Source: the human T2T-CHM13v2.0 reference genome, Homo sapiens
Strand: one strand, 5' to 3'
DNA: 64,000 nt
Assembly (NCBI RefSeq): GCF_009914755.1
Contig: NC_060933.1
This document shows positions 1 to 13,003 of the stretch, piece by piece. Numbering within the stretch: position 1 is the first letter of the stretch; each line of letters starts with the position of its first letter. A program made the translations under genes and the position numbers. The notes under the pieces were generated by a model. The model ran no database searches. It had not been told where the DNA came from and saw only the letters and a list, made by a program, of their open reading frames with translations.

Positions 1-104
1 TGGGGCTCTTTAAGCAAGAATGCAAAACTACAAACTCAAAACTGGAAACTCAAATGCAAATGAGGTGGCCGGAAATGTAAGCCTCATAACTTAGGATAAG
101 AGAA

Positions 105-327
105 CAAAAGCTGATAAACATTTTCTATAAAGGGCACGATAGTAGATACTTTAGGCTTGCAGGCCATATTATTTGTGTTGTAAATATGCAACTTTGCCTT
201 TGTAGTGCTTAAGCAGCTGTAGGCAATATGTAAAGGAATGTCTGTGGCTGAGTTCCTATAAAATTTTATTTATAAAAACCCGTGGCAGCCTGGCTTTGGC
301 TCATTGGCTATAGTTTGCCTACCCCTG
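105..327 (+). mobile_element. MER58A-like hAT-Charlie DNA transposon (MITE) fossil
   Basis: Matches the recalled MER58A consensus along its length (TTTTCTATAAAGGGCACGATAGTAGATACTTTAGGCTTGCAGGCCATA ... TAGTTTGCCTACCCCTG terminal inverted repeat end). Confidence 0.85.
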
Positions 328-2764
328 GCTTAATAAATCTGCCTCTATTCATAAGTAAGATTCTGCTTGTGTTTTGACTTTGCCATGTGCTCAGGGAAGG
401 TAAGTAAAATTAAAATGTCTAGGAGAAGAAAGTGTAAATAACAACAAATTCCTGTTGGCAACGTATTTATGAATATGGAAGAAGAGATGCCCTCTTATCC
501 TGTGAGATGGAAAGAAAAAAAGCCAAGAATAAATACAAATTAAAGCAAGCAAGTCTAAAATAAGATAATTAACATTATTCTGGGAAGTAGAAGACAAAGT
601 ACTTCTGCTAGGAATGGGAAGACCAAATATGGACTGGAGTATTTGAAAACTCGGTGGATATTTGGAATATCTGTTGTGGACAAAAAAGAGACAGAAAAAA
701 GGAAGAGATCAAAAAGTCAAGTAATTTGAAGTGATTATAGGGAAAAGTGATCTGGACACAGTTTGTGTCATTCACAAAAGCATCTGACCAAGAGAGTAAA
801 CTCTGCCCTGTGGTCAACAGTTACTATTAAAATTTCATCATTCAGATTCAGGGCTTATTTCTAGTTGATACAAAAGTGGAACATTGCCCTACATAATGTT
901 ATACTTTTTGTTATTCAGAAATGTTGAAGTTTCTATGCATGAGGTTTTTGTTATTTGACATAATGATTTATTTCACTCATTGTGTTTATCTTATCCAGAT
1001 TAGATAGAAATTAACCAATTTTAACTTTCTGTCTGTTCTGTATGTTTTAGTAACAAGTAATTCAGGAGTGCATGCAAATGCAACATGAAATGAACAGACG
1101 ATAAAATAGAGTATATCTGCATAAAGACTTTTCATATGTTATAATAAACAGTATCAAAAACATTATTTGTCTTAAACTGTTTAAAAAATGCCAGTATGTC
1201 ATTTTTAACCTAGTATCAAAATCGTAATCATGTGAAAAGTAAATATTTCTTTAAGTTTTGTAAAATATTTGATGTAGAATATTTAGCTCCAAATTAATTA
1301 GGAGAATTTCATAGTGTCTTATAATTAAGCTGCCCTTAAATACACCTGAACCTTCATGCAAACGTCTGTGGTTATTTGTCTCCACATGTTTCAGCAGATG
1401 AGGTGATTTGAATGCAGCAAAAAATTTAATAGCTTAAGTTGAAACAGGAATTATCCTAAGGGAATCTGTAGAAATGCATTCAAGAGCAGATGAGCTATAT
1501 CTATTTCTTTCATGCTTTGGTGTAGTAAGTAATTGTTCATAGCCAAACGCTTTACGAAGATAAATGATTGATATAATGAATGACCCGAAGATGCCCAAGA
1601 GCACATGAAAACAGAAATGCCTTTGTTCTGAAGGAGAATGTCTTAGTATAGTTATAAATTGAATGTAAAAATTGTGGCTGAAATTATTCTAAAAATCACA
1701 AGAAGCTGCATTTAAACTGTGCTATGGCATCTATTCAAAAGATTTGAAACCATTTGTTTTCTGAATTGCACCCAACATAAAGCTTTCTCACACAGAACAA
1801 AACAGAAGTAAGCATCAGTCACACTTCCAACATGCATACATTTTGCTCTAAAGGAACAGCTGTTACTTGATGAAAAGTCGATGAAAGATGCCCAACATTT
1901 GTTTTTAAAAAGTTATCACCCAAACAAGAATTGTTTGGAACCAGATGCTAAAATCGAGAGTGGTCTGTTTATTTCAGTTCAGAGTGTTATAAAAATGTTA
2001 ATAAGGTATTTTTATGTCTATTACCCAGCTATATTTGACTTTCTAATGTGCTTTTTGTTATAATTGGCTGTTGTTTCTATAGGCTGGCATTATTGGCATT
2101 AGATCACTGAAGAGTAAATAAAGTGAGCAAGAATACTCTCTTGTCACCAGATTACTGAGGTGTACTGGAGGTAGGTTGAATGGTTTTACAGATGAATTAC
2201 AGTGAAAACTTTGAAACACTAATAATCTCTTCGGTGTTGAGAAATAACCTACTAATCATTAACTTAATAATTATCAGCTCAACCAGGAAACTACACCACC
2301 TAAAAGGTAGTTAATTTTATCACTCCTAGACATCTACAGGAGACCATGATTCTCCATTATGTGAATGCCTTGCTGCCCATGTGATGCCTGCCCCCATCAA
2401 TTCTAAGAAGCTTCAGTCATTTAGTACTTAATATGTAATTTTTAAAAATTACATAAGTAATACCTTCTCCTTATAGAGAACTGAAACTTTCAGAAACAGT
2501 TAAAGCCTAATTTGAATATTGCCAAAGCCCTGTCTCTTCTTCAGAGACAACCAGTGTTTCCAGTTTGGTGTGTATTTTCCCCAAATACAGTGAATGTGTG
2601 TATAAACACGTGTAGATTTACCTGTCCTAGATATGAGCATTTGCTTTGTGAGTCTGCTTTAAGTCAAGTTCTAAACTATGGCTCAGTTTAAAACTTATCT
2701 TTTTCTATTTAATAATATACCTTAGAAGTCATGCCATGATATTAAGATGAATAATAATGAAATT

Positions 2765-3000
2765 ATTAATATTAGTCAAATTTAATTAGTTGCTTATTAC
2801 GTAGTGGGTACTTGGTGTGATATATGGATTATCTCATTTAATCATCATGACAAGCTAATAAATTGGCAATGCTGTTATCTCCATTTTATGGAAGAGAGAA
2901 AAAGATTGTAAGTACTTTGCTCAAGGTCATTTAGAGGGAGAGCAAATTATTCAAATCCAGATATTCTGCTCTCAGAGATTGTATTATTAACTATTATGCC
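2765..3000 (-). mobile_element. MIR SINE
   Basis: Reverse MIR core: ATCTCATTTAATCATCATGACAAG...TTATCTCCATTTTATGGAAGAG...TTGCTCAAGGTCAT...ATTCAAATCCAG. Confidence 0.75.
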
Positions 3001-3009
3001 ACAATAGAG

Positions 3010-3450
3010 GCATTGTAGTCTGCATGATAGTCCAACTATTTTTATTTGTAGTTATATATTGATGAATATCTAGAGTATTTTTAAAAATTACAACACAATA
3101 CTGCAATTGACATTCTTGCATGATTATCTACCATGTATTTCCAAAAGTGGAAAGGCAAACATATGTGTTTAGTTTTTACAGAATGTAGACTATATAACAA
3201 TTGTACTCCAAAGGAGATCTTGGTTATACATTGATACCAGCATAGTTTGAGCCTACCCTCTTCCCTGTACCCTCAAAACCCTTGTTAACATCTTATGTTT
3301 TGCCAGTCTGCTGAAGAAAAAATGGTATCCAATTGTTTAATTCAATTACTTGATTACTAGTGAAGTAAGAATTTTTTTATATTTATCATAATTTGTATTG
3401 CCTGTAATCTGAAAGGGTTATTCATATTTTTTTGCCTACTTTTCTATTAA
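3010..3450 (-). mobile_element. Old L1M (L1ME/L1MC-type) 3' fragment
   Basis: Degenerate antisense L1 3' motifs (GACATTCTTGCATG, TTTGCCAGTCTG...AATGGTATC, TGATTACTAGTGAAG, TTTGCCTACTTTTCTATT). Confidence 0.6.
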
Positions 3451-3459
3451 GTCATGTCT

Positions 3460-3710
3460 CTCTAAGATCTAGCTTAAACGTTACTTTTTCCAAAAAACCT
3501 TCCCTGATCTCCCACAACTCAAAACATTATCTTCCTACTTTAGTTTCTTACAATATTTTATCTACATTTCTCTTATAACACCACTTTCTACTTTGTATGA
3601 TTGTTATTTTAGTACTATCTAATCAGTCCTTTAATTTCCTTTGGGGACTATTTTATGGTGATTAATCCTTATGACACATATTGTCCACATTTTTTGGACA
3701 AAATTCTTCA
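3460..3710 (+). mobile_element. L2 3' fragment
   Basis: CTCTAAGATCTAGCTTAAACGTTACTTTTTCCAAAAAACCTTCCCTGATC resembles the L2 3' region. Confidence 0.5.
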
Positions 3711-4145
3711 ATGAAGATTGATAATTAAAATTAATAAAAATTAAATTAATTAAAAATTTAATTAACTTAGCTTTTAATTTTTTAATTATCATATAGGCCA
3801 CCTACTGAGATATACAATTTTTGGTCTAAAGTATTACTTTGAAACAATTATAAGAAAACAATTATAAGAAAAAAAATTTTTATTATTCTAAGATCCTTCG
3901 GATTGGAAAGTTGCTTGTTCTATATAACAAGATTTACTCTTTCCATATATTCTAGGATAAATTCATCATCTCTCTAAAAATTTCCTAATTTTTGTCATTC
4001 AGAAAAATAGCCAATTCCTGTCCTTCATTAAATTTTAATGAATAATCAGTCAATTATAAAACTCTTGAAAAATTCATATTAAAAAGGAAACATTTATATT
4101 ATTAAAAAATAATAATTACAAAATGCCCATATAAATATTATTTAG

Positions 4146-5370
4146 GGCCAGGCACACTGGCTCACACCTGTAATCCCAGAACTTTGGGAGGCTGAGGTGG
4201 GCAAATCACTTGAGCCCAGGGTTTGAGACCGGCCTGGGCAACATGACAAAACCCTGTCTCTACAAAAAATTTAAATATTAATCAGATGCAGTGGTGTGCG
4301 CCTATAATCCCAGCTACTCAGGATGTTGAGGTGGGAGTGATGGGGTGGGAGTGATAGGGAAGGGAGGCAGGGAAATTCTGGGCAAAAGAGGGCAGGTCCC
4401 TGGCAACGGCTCCACCCTCAAGCCTGGAACCAAAGCCCAAAGTGAGAACATACATTCCTGTTTTCCCACTCAAATGTTGCCTTTTACAAAATTACCCATG
4501 ACCTCCCCTGTCCCCCATCCTGTGCCCATAAAAACTCCAGACTCAGCTAGCAAAAAAGAGAAGCAGCTGAACATCAAAAGAGAAGCAGCAGCTGGGCATC
4601 AGAGACTACGGTTGGACGTTGGAGAGAAGCAGCTTGATTTCAGAGAGACAGCTTGACAGTGCAACTTTGGAGAAGAGTCCAGCCAGAAACCTTCCTGCTA
4701 CATCTCCTTCCCAGCTGCCCTTCCTGCTGAGAGCCACTTTCCTTGGCAATAAAATCCTCTGCATTTACCATCCTTCAATTCGTTTCTGTGAGCTGATTTT
4801 TTCCTGGATGCCAAACAAGAGCTCAGGAGTGAGTGTGGATACAAAAAGGCATGCTGAGCTGCTAACACTTCAGCTGTCTGAAGACGGCAGAGCTAAAGGA
4901 GCACTGTAATATGTCCACTGGGGCTTCAGGAATCACAGGCACCCCCCTAACCCCAGGGGCTGCTATGGGGCCCACATGGAGTTTGCTCCTGCCAACACCC
5001 CAAAGCTCTCTTCCTGGCTCCTGTACCTGCTCACCTGCATGCTCTCTCCTGCAAGAGGTGGAACACAGCAGGTCAGAGTGGGTGAGTTCACTCCTTCTGG
5101 CACCAAAGAGGCCACTGGTTCCAGCACTCGTGTACTCCAGTTCCTGCCTTGTTCAATTGCGCACTCCCTCCCTTGAGGAGTTGAGAGCAGTGGGCTGAGT
5201 AAATGGGGCACCCCTGTCACGAGTCCCATGAAGGGGTCAGGGAAATGCCCTGCTTCAGGAGGATCTCTTGAGCCCAGGAGGTGAAGGATGCACTGAGCCA
5301 AGATCGTGCAACTGAACTCTGGCCTGGGTGACAGAGTGAGACTCTGTCTCAAAATAAATAAATAAATAAT
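4146..5370 (+). mobile_element. AluJ, split by an LTR insertion (Alu parts ~4146-4351 and 5258-5370)
   Basis: GGCCAGGCACACTGGCTCACACCTGTAATCCCAG start. AluJ-type CTTGAGCCCAGG in both arms. The right arm resumes at 5258 (GGAGGATCTCTTGAGCCCAGGAG) and ends in an (AAAT)n tail. Confidence 0.92.
4352..5257 (+). mobile_element. Solo ERV1 LTR, LTR1-family-like (HUERS-P2 group)
   Basis: TG...CA termini (TGATAGGGAAGGGAGGCAGGGAAATTCTGGGC ... GGGAAATGCCCTGCTTCA). 4-bp TSD GGAG at 4348-4351 and 5258-5261. CATAAAAA TATA-like box near 4527, AATAAA near 4748. Locally GC-rich. Confidence 0.85.
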
Positions 5371-6181
5371 TTACTTAATTAAATTTAGCTTATTCTTTTG
5401 AACTTCATTCTTCATAGTGTTATAAAATACATGATTTAAGACAGTGAGAAAGAGAGAGAAGCCAATGATGGACTTCTAATAGAATTCAGAGTGGGACTTG
5501 TTTGAACATTTCAACCAAATAAAAGATTCCCGCAATTAGTTGACTCTTCAGTCCACCTCAGTTTTAAACATGTCTCAGGTTGCCCTTAACTAACGAGTAT
5601 AGTTTACTTTGGGCTGATAAATTCTGTGGATGGCAAGAGGTTGTGAATATCCCTTTATAAACCCAGAACTAATGCTACATATCCCTGGCATTAGTGCCTT
5701 ATTTATCTAAACTTACAAATATATTGGGCAAAATTCCGGGATATGGGCACAGAATTAATAATTGAATACCTTATTTTGTATGGTCATTTGCTCACTGACA
5801 AAGATAGAGAAGCAGCTGAAATTCATGATTATGATCCCTAGTTACATCTCTCTTTAAGTCCTTATGTTTGGTTCCCTGGGAGTTTCAGCGCATTTATATA
5901 GCAGCACCCAAGTTTTTATAATCTGTTAAGTATTACTATCTAGGATTAGCTACTGAAGAATCAAGAACCAGTAGTTGATGAACTTGAAAGACAATTATCC
6001 TATATAGTGTTTCTTGAGGACACTAATTTCTTAAGATAGAATGAGAGGAAAACATAATATCCACAAACAGAAATAAATTTTGGAATATTATATGCTTTAG
6101 CTTCCTCTTGGATATTTACAAAAATATTAGCATATGAACGATTACAGAATGAAGAAACCTTTTTAGCTACATTTAAACTAG

Positions 6182-6579
6182 TCCTAGAGTTTGGATATAT
6201 TTCCTCCAAATTCATGTTTAAGTTTAATCCTCAAAGTGATGAGGAAGTGGGGCCTTTGGAGGCAATTAAGTCATGATGGCTGTGCACTCATGAATGAGAT
6301 TAATATCCTAATTAAGGAAGCTTCTGAGAGCTTCCTGGCTCTTCCATTTCTTCTGCCATGTGACAACATGGCATTTGTCCATTTTGTCCCTTTGCTTTTC
6401 CTACCATGTGATTAAGTCATGCAAAATGACATCTGTGAAACAGGCCCTCATCAGACAATGAATATGTTGGTGCCATAATCTTGAACTTCCCAACTCCTGA
6501 ACTTTCAGAAATACATTTCTGTAATCATAAATTACCCAGTTTGTGGTATTTGTTATAAGACCAGGAACAGACTAAAACA
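6182..6579 (+). mobile_element. MaLR solo LTR (MLT1A/MSTD type)
   Basis: CCTCCAAATTCATGTT...GTGGGGCCTTTGGAGGCAATTAAGTCATGA...CAGGCCCTCATCAGACA...ATAAATTACCCAGT...AACAGACTAAAACA. Confidence 0.85.
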
Positions 6580-6859
6580 GCAAATGCTTTCCCCCATCCC
6601 TGACTACTTTCAGAATGTTTAAGAGTTGTCCATACCGTTTCTTATGGCAATTATGAGGCAGATATTTTTCAGGAAAGTGGCATGCATATATGTGAATTTT
6701 TTTAGAGGAGTTGAAAAACAAAACAAAACACTTGTTTGGCAATGTTCATTCCTCACAGAATCAGTGCTATTCATTTTGGAAAATATCTTAGTATCCTGCT
6801 TGTTGCCTTATTAGTTGTTTTTCTCTCATTGCAATCAGCTGTTGCCATGTACCTTTTGC

Positions 6860-7080
6860 ATTTGGTGGTCAGGGTCTTCGGAATCGTATGAATCTGATAT
6901 CAAATCCCAGTTGTATTGCTGACTAGCTGTGAAAAAAGATTTTAAACTTATTATTTTCAGTTTACTCGTTTATTAAGTACCAATATTAATATTGAAACTA
7001 GAGAAATAGATTAAATGGCATACTTGTATAGTAACTGTTACATAGGAAAACTCTCAATAAATCAATGCTGTTATTATTAC
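6860..7080 (+). mobile_element. MIR SINE (degenerate)
   Basis: CAAATCCCAG...ACTAGCTGTGA...TTCAGTTTACTCGTTTAT...CTCAATAAAT...GCTGTTATTATT. Confidence 0.55.
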
Positions 7081-7176
7081 CATTAATATTCCCTAGATGT
7101 GAAGATTGTCTTCAGAGGAAACATACTGGAAAAAAAAAATGAGTTTTACAGAAGTTTTTCAGCAGAAGTTGATTGG

Positions 7177-7180
<4 letters not shown>

Positions 7181-7207
<27 letters not shown>

Positions 7208-7266
7208 TGCACATATATTTACACACATATAAATATGTATATTTTATATATATATATGCACACACA
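7181..7266. repeat. (AC)13 microsatellite followed by an imperfect (AC)/(AT) tract
   Basis: Perfect AC run 7181-7206 seen directly, then ACAT/ATAT low-complexity sequence. Confidence 0.95.
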
Positions 7267-7884
7267 TTTGTTTCTATTTAAAATGAAAAAAGTACGTTAG
7301 TCATGTGTGCCCAATTTTCTGATACACTAAAAAATGGAAATATCTTGGCAGACACTATTGATAGGCTATGCAAATGTAAACTTCTCTTGCCTAGTTTTTT
7401 ATTTGGAAAGTAAAATATCCATGTTTCTTGGTGTGGCCATGTGAATTTTGTGACATTGAAATGGATATCATAAGATAGGTTCCTAGGAAAGCCTTTAAAA
7501 AAGCACAAACTTGGCCTGCATGGCTTTGGCCTTTTGCCCCTTTGCCCTTTGCTGCTTCAGCCTTTCCTATTTTTCTTGGCTGCAATATGAGCAATCATGT
7601 CTCAGGGTGCTACAGGCATCAAGCTATCTTATATCATACCTCTTTCTAAGGAAATGCTATTAATGTCCCTGCATGTGTATAACAAATCTTCAGCGTCCCT
7701 GTGAGGCTGCTCTTCTTATCCTGTCCTGGCTTGTACTTTCTTTTGTAGAAGTAAGTAAACATCTTGCCTGTGAAAACTGCTTTTAGTTGCACCCTGTATT
7801 CCTTATAGCTAAACCCTATCTACCTGAAACCTATATTGATACTTAAGCCATATATTTAGTTTGGAGACCAGATTAAATTTAGAG

Positions 7885-8400
7885 TTCCATTAATTCCATA
7901 ATAAATATTTTTGAGTGGCTAGTATGGGTAATGTGATATTTAAGCTACTGGTATAGTGTGGTAAACTGAAGATATGACCTGAAATGTTTGTAACTTATAT
8001 GATAATAAGTGGAGAGAGCTGAAAATTAGGTAAATAAATAGATAACCACAGATTTTGATCTGTTATACAAATACGATAAATATGGCAGAAAGGACTGTAA
8101 GCTAAGGAGTAGAGTAAGAGAAAGCAATTATAAAGATTGGCAACTAAATGTTATCTAACAAGTGATACTTAAAGGCTGAGATACTTTAAACTATAAGACA
8201 CAGTTTTGTAAAAATCTTGGAAATTGTGTTTTTTAAGTTAATGGTGCAATTTATCTAATGTGTAAATACAAGTGCTGGTTTGTTGAAGGAGCAGAAAAAA
8301 AAAAGATTAGTTTGAGTATGGGGAAAGAGAAGGAGATTGGAGAGAGGTTTAAGAACTAAGCATATGCCAGTTTATATAGAGTTTATGTAACAAAGAAGAG
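7885..8400 (-). mobile_element. L2 fragment
   Basis: Antisense L2 3' end signature (ATAAATATTTTTGAGTGGCTAGTATG...) followed by a purine-rich L2 body. Confidence 0.55.
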
Positions 8401-8407
8401 ATTTTTT

Positions 8408-8991
8408 GTGCATCAGGTTGTATTGTTGCATAATACTATACCCCAAACTTACTGGTATAAAGTAGTAAACTTGTATTATGTTCACAGGTACTGTGGGTCA
8501 GGAATTTAGAAACAGGCACAGTGGGCATGCCCCTTTTCTGCACGTCAATGATGAGGCCTCAGCTGGGAAGATTTACATGTCTGGATGCAACTCAAATAGC
8601 TGAGGGCTAGGACAGCTTGGACTGGAGTGTCCACTTCCAAAATTGCTTTTTATGCCCATATCTGGCACTTGGCCTTGTGTATTTGAAGCTAGGAATGAAC
8701 TGGGATTGTCAACCAGAACTCCTATTCGTGGTCTATCCTCATGGTTTGGGTTTCTCCCAGCCTGGCAATACTGGGGCCCTCCTGAGATGGAGGATTCTGA
8801 AAAAAAGTGAGCAGAAGTCAGATTGTCGATTTAGGCCAGGTCTCAAAAGTTACACAGCATTGCTTTTTTTTGTATTCTCTTAGTCAAAGAAGTTAAAAGT
8901 CCTCCCAGATTCAAGGTCAGAGACCCCAGTCCCCACATCTCAATGAAATGACAGTTGAAGAACTCTGAGGAGATATTTTATAACCATTACA
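8408..8991 (-). mobile_element. MaLR LTR, MLT1H/G-type
   Basis: ACCCCAAACTTACTGG...CTGTGGGTCAGGAATTTAGA...GGCCTCAGCTGGGAAGA...CCAGATTCAAGG...TTTTATAACCATTACA. Confidence 0.75.
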
Positions 8992-10619
8992 TTATATCAA
9001 ATGAAAAAAGGTGATTTTTTAATGTCATTTAATTTGTCCCACAATATTGACTTTTTACTCTTCTCCATGTCCTGATACTCATAATATTCCTCATTTTTCT
9101 CCATTAAACTCCATCTTTCAGGGACACTTCTAATACATTATTTTATACTAAATTGTAAACTAGAATTAATTTTTGAAGCATTGCCACTTGCAGGGGGATG
9201 TATATTTAATTTACGGAATTATAAATCTAGACAATAATGTACATTGTTAGGATTTTCTATCAGAATTATTTTAATTAATAAATGTTACCTTTAAATTTTT
9301 TTAAATCATCCTTTTTTAAGCATTTATTCAGTCGGGACTTTCAGTTCATGTACTTTCCTCTAAATTAAAATCAGATATCATTTGTAGAATTTTATGCAAT
9401 GACTAAGATGGTTTTTTGGGAGATGATATTTATTACCAAATTTTCTGAAAATATGTAGTATTTGCATTATGTCATGATTTCTTATATTACAATAGTTTTT
9501 TTAAAAAAATTTCAATAACATTAAAATTATTTCTAAATACATCTTAATTTAAAGTAGTTAATTTTAAAATATTTAGTCATTTACTTATAGAATTTAATTT
9601 AAATTACCGAGGTGTGTGCATGAGATCAAATAATTATTCCACATTTGCAGTATTTCACAGTGTTTTGTTCTATTTATAATTCGTGTTCCTTCTATGTGTG
9701 GAAAAAAAAATAAGGCTTGTCATGTTCATAATAAAATGTTAAAACCTTTAAGAAAGAATGGAAACTACAACAGAATATTTCTAATTTCAGTTGTACTCCA
9801 TGTCTGCCATTATACAGATTGTTTAGAGAATCTCCCAAATTACATTCCATATAAAAAGAAATTGAGTGTCAGTGTATCAAACAGAACCATTTTAAACAGT
9901 CATGCGAGATGGACAGAGGAGGTATAATAATATGGGCCCTGAAGTGTTACAGTATGATAGAGTCATAGTTTTATGATAGTTTTTTTTCACTTTAATTTCC
10001 AGGAACAATCATGAAGTTTAAGAAGAAAGAATACTGTCAGAAAAGAGGCAATTTTTTTTATATTTAAAAAGTTCCCTTTTTCCAGTCTATTCATTTTTAT
10101 GCATCAACTCTCATTTTATCTTGACAATTTCATAATAACTATATTTACCTTTATTTTTTATCCATATGCATTTCATTTAAAAGTGAAAACTTTCACTCAA
10201 AATGTAAAAAGAACTTATAGAATTTGCCTCCAAAGAGCTCTACTAGTCTGTCTTTCCTATTTCATCCAATGTTACGACTACAATTCCCATCTATCAAACA
10301 CAGCAGTCAATTGGTAAGTCATTTATGTCTCTTTTTATACTATTTTTCATGAAGTTTCTTTATTTTCCAGTTCTATTGTATGTCACCTCAAATATCCATA
10401 CAACACATTATTTTAATCTCCTTCCCTCTAAGCATTCCTGTTCCACTTAATCTAACACAATGTTCTCAAAGATATGACAAAGTGCAACTCTGTTAAAAAA
10501 GCTTCAAAGACTTTCCACTGAACTGAACAGAATTAGAATAGATGATTATTTCAGTCATGTGTTGGTATATAACAAAATACCCCAATCACCTATTCTTCCT
10601 CCTCTTAAAGTCAATGTAT

Positions 10620-11600
10620 TATTAAAACGTCCAACTTCCTTTTATGAAATATTTCACACATACCCAAAACTGAAAAATAATTGATACAGCAACATAACCA
10701 GAAACAAGATTATAAGAAATTCTACAAGGGATAACTACAGGCTAAAATTGTTTAGCATCCCCTTGTATATTTCTCTATTTTTAAGTACAGGTCTGTGTAT
10801 AGAATATTTTATACCGCATATGGTAGTGTTTGTATCTTCAAATTTAAATAAGATGTTATTGTTTTCTCTGTATTATTTCAACACATGCTTTATAATCTCA
10901 CTATGATATTTTTGAGAACCATTCCAGCTGATACTTGGGTATCTGTTTTTGTTTAATTTCTATATGGGATTTCATTATATATATAATATAAAGCTATCAA
11001 TTTTCATATCAGGAAATATTGGCATTTTTATATTTACCATTGTAAATGTTAAAAACAAAGCTACAATAAATACTTATTGTTTTGTTGTTTATATATATTA
11101 GAATTTTCATAGGATACACATAGAGCAGGGAAATTTTACAACTTTGGGCACTTTCATCCTTACATTGTCAAGTAGCTTTCCAAAGTCGTTGTATGAATTT
11201 ATCTTCCCACTATATAATTGTTAGAGTTCCTGTTTTCTAATAGCCTCATCAAAGAGGAGAATTTCTCAAGTATTAAGCAGTAAAGTAAAAAAAAAGTCAT
11301 CATTCTACAAATTCAATTTTACTAAATAAAATATATTTTATATTTTCTTTAAAAGTGATACAAGATGTCTTTCACATTTGAAGTTAATGTGATGATAGAA
11401 TACAATTTACAATTTTTCTATATGTTAATCAAATGTATCACTGCTATTTTATGAATAGTTATTCATTTTTCTGGGTGATACGACAATTCATATGTAAAAT
11501 ATCGAAAGTCTACCATGAATTTTTGAATTTCCTGCTATAGTCCAGTGAACAAATTGTTCATCTCTGAGTCAATGCCGCACTATCATAATGACTATAATTC
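10620..11600 (-). mobile_element. Old L1ME-type 3' fragments
   Basis: Degenerate antisense L1 motifs (TTTTTGAGAACCATTCCAGCTG, GCTACAATAAATACTT, GCTTTCCAAAGTCGTTGTATGAATTTATCTTCCCAC). Confidence 0.5.
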
Positions 11601-11604
11601 ATAA

Positions 11605-13003
11605 TCAATTCTTATTGAATATCTGCTCAGTGCCAGTATATGAGTTTGCTGGATCTGTTATGACAAATTACCACAAACCTAAACGTTTAAAGCAGAAGAA
11701 ATATATTCTCTTACAGTTCTGTAGGGCAGAAATCTGAAATAAAGGTATAGATAGGCCCACTTTCCTTCTCAAGTGTTTATGGGTGGATCCTACTTTACCT
11801 CTTTCAGCTGCTGGTGGCTCAAGGCATTCTTTGGTTTGTAGCTGCATAACTCCAATCTCTGCTTCCATCCTCAAGTAGCCTTCTTCTATTTCCTGTATCT
11901 TCTCCTCTTCTGTCTTTCATAAGAACACTTATTGGATTTAGGGTGCACTAGGATCATCCAGTATGACGTCATCTCAAGATCCTTATTAATATATACAAAA
12001 AAATTAGGTCACATCTACAGTTTCTGTGGGCTAGCATATGGAAAGATATGTGCATATTTATCATATTTTGGGAGGCACCATTGAATCTACTAGAGACAAA
12101 CATCTACATTTAGGATATTAAAGAAAAAAATCCTTGCCTTTGTAAAGATTACAGTGAGATGTAGGATGACACAAAAGAAATAAAATATAGACAGGTGTTG
12201 AAAAGTTATATATTTTGTGAAGAAAATAAAGTAAGGCAGGATACACAGTAATAGTGGCAGATTACAATTTTAATTAATGTATTCAGTAAGTAACATTGTA
12301 AAAATAGCATTGAAATAAACACATCAAAAGGCTGAGGGAAGAAAAAGAATACAGTTTTTCTCTACATCCCAAATTACTTCTGATTGAATGTTTTTACTGG
12401 GATCTGTTTCTGGGAGAGACTAAGAGAGTGACTAACTTTGGATAGATTCTGAATGTAGAGCAAGCAGAAAGACTCGCTGAAAGGTGGGATGTGCAATTCT
12501 TGACAAAGAAAATAAGTAGGATTGACTCTAAGATTTTTGCTTTGAGGCAAATGGTCGTAGGTGAGATTGTGCATTTCAAAGTTGAGATGTTTATTAGCTT
12601 CTCAAAAGAAGACAGCATAAGAAGTTGGATGTAAGAGCCTGGCATTTAGAAGAGAAGTAAGAGGTAGAGGTACAAATTTGCAAGTTCTTAGCATAAACAA
12701 TATTGTAAACCATGGCTCTGTGAGAACTCATCAAGGGAGTGGGGGTGGACACAGAAGTGTTCCAAAGACTAAGAAATAGCATACAAAGACATAAGAAGAA
12801 AGCCAAGAGGACGTGTTCTGGAAGCCAAAGAAAAAAAGCTGGGTTTTTTTGTTTGTTTGTTTATGTGTTTTTGTTTGTTTGTTTTTTAATTAAAGAAAAA
12901 GAGACTACTGACAGATCAATAAAATGAGAATAAAAAATTAACCTTTAAATTTTGGAACATGAAAATAATTAGTGATTTGAAAGGAACATTTAATTGAAAT
13001 GGT
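11605..13003 (-). mobile_element. L2 (interrupted by the MLT1 LTR)
   Basis: TTATTGAATATCTGCTCAGTGCCAG lies before the LTR. L2 body after it (GATTGACTCTAAGATTTTTG, AAGTTGAGATGTTTATTAG, GTTGGATGTAAGAGCCTGG, CTGGAAGCCAAAG). Confidence 0.65.
11637..12094 (-). mobile_element. MaLR LTR, MLT1B/C-type, inserted into an L2
   Basis: ACAAATTACCACAAAC...CTCTTACAGTTCTG...GGCATTCTTTGGTTTGTAGCTGCATAACTCCAATCTCTGC...ATTGGATTTAGGG...CATCTCAAGATCCTTA. The ORF at 11668-11874 is the typical spurious MLT1 antisense ORF. Confidence 0.85.

Noticed and set aside
3721-3789. AT-only quasi-palindrome (ATAATTAAAA...TTTTAATTAT)
   Set aside because: Low-complexity A/T sequence in which short inverted matches are expected by chance.
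4345-5352. Cluster of 66-129 aa ORFs
   Set aside because: All lie in the GC-richer LTR1-type LTR or the Alu, where stop codons are rarer. No recognisable domains.
7340-7620. Possible old ERVL/MaLR LTR fragment (LTR33/LTR16-like)
   Set aside because: The resemblance is too weak to assign a family or boundaries without an alignment.
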